A DNA stretch of 64,000 bases from an uncultured delta proteobacterium. GTDB lineage: Bacteria > Myxococcota_A > Polyangia > Fen-1088. The notes under the pieces were generated by a model that searched no databases, had not been told where the DNA came from, and saw only the letters and a program-made list of their open reading frames with translations. The position numbers and the translations under genes are program-made. Position 1 is the stretch's first letter. Every line of letters begins with the position of its first letter. The stretch spans positions 576,001 through 640,000 of the forward strand of contig CAWCMR010000013.1 in assembly GCA_963796685.1 (NCBI GenBank). Direction: 5' to 3'. Positions 62,299 through 64,000 of the stretch are shown here, in pieces.

Positions 62299-63236
62299 AT
62301 GAACCACCTGCTCGACCGACGATTCCTCGTGCTCGCGGGCAAGGGCGGCGTGGGCCGCACCACCGTGGCCGCCGCGCTCGCCCGGGTCGCCACCCGGCTC
62401 GGCAAGCGGGTCCTGCTGGCGCAAACCAACGCACCCGAACGCCTTGGCCGCCTGCTGGGATGCAAGACCGTCATCGGCCCCGTGGTCACGCGCGTCGACG
62501 AGCTTCTTTCGGCGGTCAATATGACCCCCAAGCAGTCGCTGCACGAATACGGAGTCATGCTGCTCAAGTACGAGCCCCTGTATCGGGCGGTGTTCGAGAA
62601 CAAACCCATGCGCAGCTTTCTCGGCGCGTTTCCTGGACTCGACTATTGGACCATGCTTGGCAAGGCGTGGTGGCACACGACCGAGCGAGAGAACGGACGA
62701 CCGAAGTACGACCTCGTCCTGCTCGACGGGCCGGCCTCGGGGCACGCCGCGGCAATGCTGCACATACCCGACGCGGTCAAGAGCGCCATGCCCAAGGGAC
62801 CGTTGGCACGCGACGCTGTCCTGGCCCGCGAGCTGCTTTCCGACGACAGGCAAACATCGGTCCTCCTCGTGACCTTGCCGGAAGAGCTTCCGGCGCGGGA
62901 AACCTCCACGCTCGCACGCGACATCCGCGACCTGCACATGCCGCTCGGTCCTTTGGTGGTCAACGCCATGCCGCCCGCCGAAGCGACCGAATCCCGTTCT
63001 GGACAAGGTGCTGTCCGAAAATACCGACAGCGCCCCGCCCTCGGGAGCTCGCGGGAATCCTGGCTGGCGTAAGCGTCCTTGCGGCTCGCCGACGAGACGC
63101 CGACCGCGTCGTCGCCGGCCTGGCCAGCGACCCAGGTCTGCCCATGATCAGCCTGCCCCGCCTGCCAAGCAACGACCTCGGCCCCGAGGAGGTCGCCCAC
63201 CTGGCCAACCTCTTGGCAGCGGCACTATCGGCTTGA
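62299..63236 (+). CDS. ArsA/Get3-like P-loop ATPase, frameshifted at ~62990-63040
   Basis: GKGGVGRTT, DGPASGH, VTLPEELP..E, LVVN; C-terminus continues in the 62202..63236 frame. Confidence 0.8.
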
Positions 63237-63254
63237 GGAGTCTGCGCGGAACAA

Positions 63255-63376
63255 GAATTCACCACAGAGACGCAGAGAGCGCGGAGGTCAGAAAGGATAG
63301 GGTCTCTCGGATCCTGGCTCCGAACCCGTTCCTCCTCCGCAACCTCTGTGTTCTCTGTGCTCTCTGTGGTGAATTC
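63255..63376. repeat. CACCACAGAG-family inverted-repeat element (short form)
   Basis: Perfect 16-bp IR GAATTCACCACAGAGA (63255-63270 / 63361-63376); both arms match the arms of 22516-22954 in inverted orientation. Confidence 0.85.
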
Positions 63377-63391
63377 CGGCTCGCCACGCGG

Positions 63392-64000
63392 CTAGCTTTC
63401 CATGAAGCTCTTGAGGCGCTTGCTGCGTGACGGGTGACGCAGCTTGCGCAAGGCCTTGGCTTCGATCTGTCGTATACGCTCGCGCGTGACCTCGAAGTCT
63501 TGCCCCACCTCTTCCAGGGTGTGGTCCGACTTCTCGCCGATGCCGAAACGCATGCGCAGGACCTTTTCCTCGCGCGGGGTCAGGGTCGCCAGGACCTTGC
63601 GCGTCTGTTCGGCGAGGTTCATGGAGATCACCGCATCAGCGGGCGAGACGATGCTCTTGTCCTCGATGAAATCGCCGAGGTGCGAATCTTCCTCCTCGCC
63701 AATCGGAGTTTCGAGCGAGATGGGCTCCTTGGCGATCTTGAGGACCTTGCGGACCTTGTCGAGCGGCAGTTCCATCTTCTCGGCGATCTCTTCCGGCGTT
63801 GCCTCGCGTCCCAGCTCCTGTACCAGGTAGCGGCTGGTGCGGATGAGCTTGTTGATGGTCTCAATCATGTGAACCGGAATTCTGATCGTCCGCGCCTGAT
63901 CGGCGATGGCCCGCGTGATGGCCTGACGGATCCACCAGGTCGCGTACGTCGAGAACTTGTAGCCACGACGGTACTCGAACTTGTCGACCGCCTTCATGAG
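63392..64000 (-). CDS. rpoD: Primary sigma factor RpoD, 3' part (runs off the window)
   Basis: [59 protein letters not shown]. Confidence 0.97.
   Translation of the reverse strand, partial: LMKAVDKFEYRRGYKFSTYATWWIRQAITRAIADQARTIRIPVHMIETINKLIRTSRYLVQELGREATPEEIAEKMELPLDKVRKVLKIAKEPISLETPIGEEEDSHLGDFIEDKSIVSPADAVISMNLAEQTRKVLATLTPREEKVLRMRFGIGEKSDHTLEEVGQDFEVTRERIRQIEAKALRKLRHPSRSKRLKSFMES

Overview
GC-rich bacterial DNA. The gene content (TIGR02266-type PilZ, FHA-GGDEF, Ser/Thr kinase with PEGA, Cys-rich and vWA lipoproteins, giant TPR proteins) points to Myxococcota; this is an inference. Most of the window is core or envelope genes (ECF sigmas, PBP, tatD, rex, murJ, gcvTHP, argJ, M16 protease pair, recQ, radC, rlmI-like, rpoD 3' end). 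Three features stand out. (1) A 1.5-kb intergenic mosaic array (12811-14305) of eight hairpin-rich 158-232 bp units whose variant modules are shuffled, bounded by a 16-bp inverted repeat and flanked by a ~78-bp direct repeat. (2) A ~15-kb accessory island (~34.3-49.3 kb) with a head-to-head junction of two 5'-truncated genes, a type III restriction gene, a polymorphic-toxin-style vgrG locus, a complete IS1634-family element and two AAA+/DUF4143 ATPases. The vgrG locus holds an evolved VgrG-metallopeptidase, a candidate immunity gene, an unannotated start-less L,D-transpeptidase-like toxin tip with its own candidate immunity gene, and a decayed VgrG remnant. (3) Nested REP/MITE-like inverted-repeat elements between convergent genes. 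Five genes carry frameshifts, mostly at short base runs, which are most likely long-read assembly errors. All calls come from reading motifs by eye; no searches were run.
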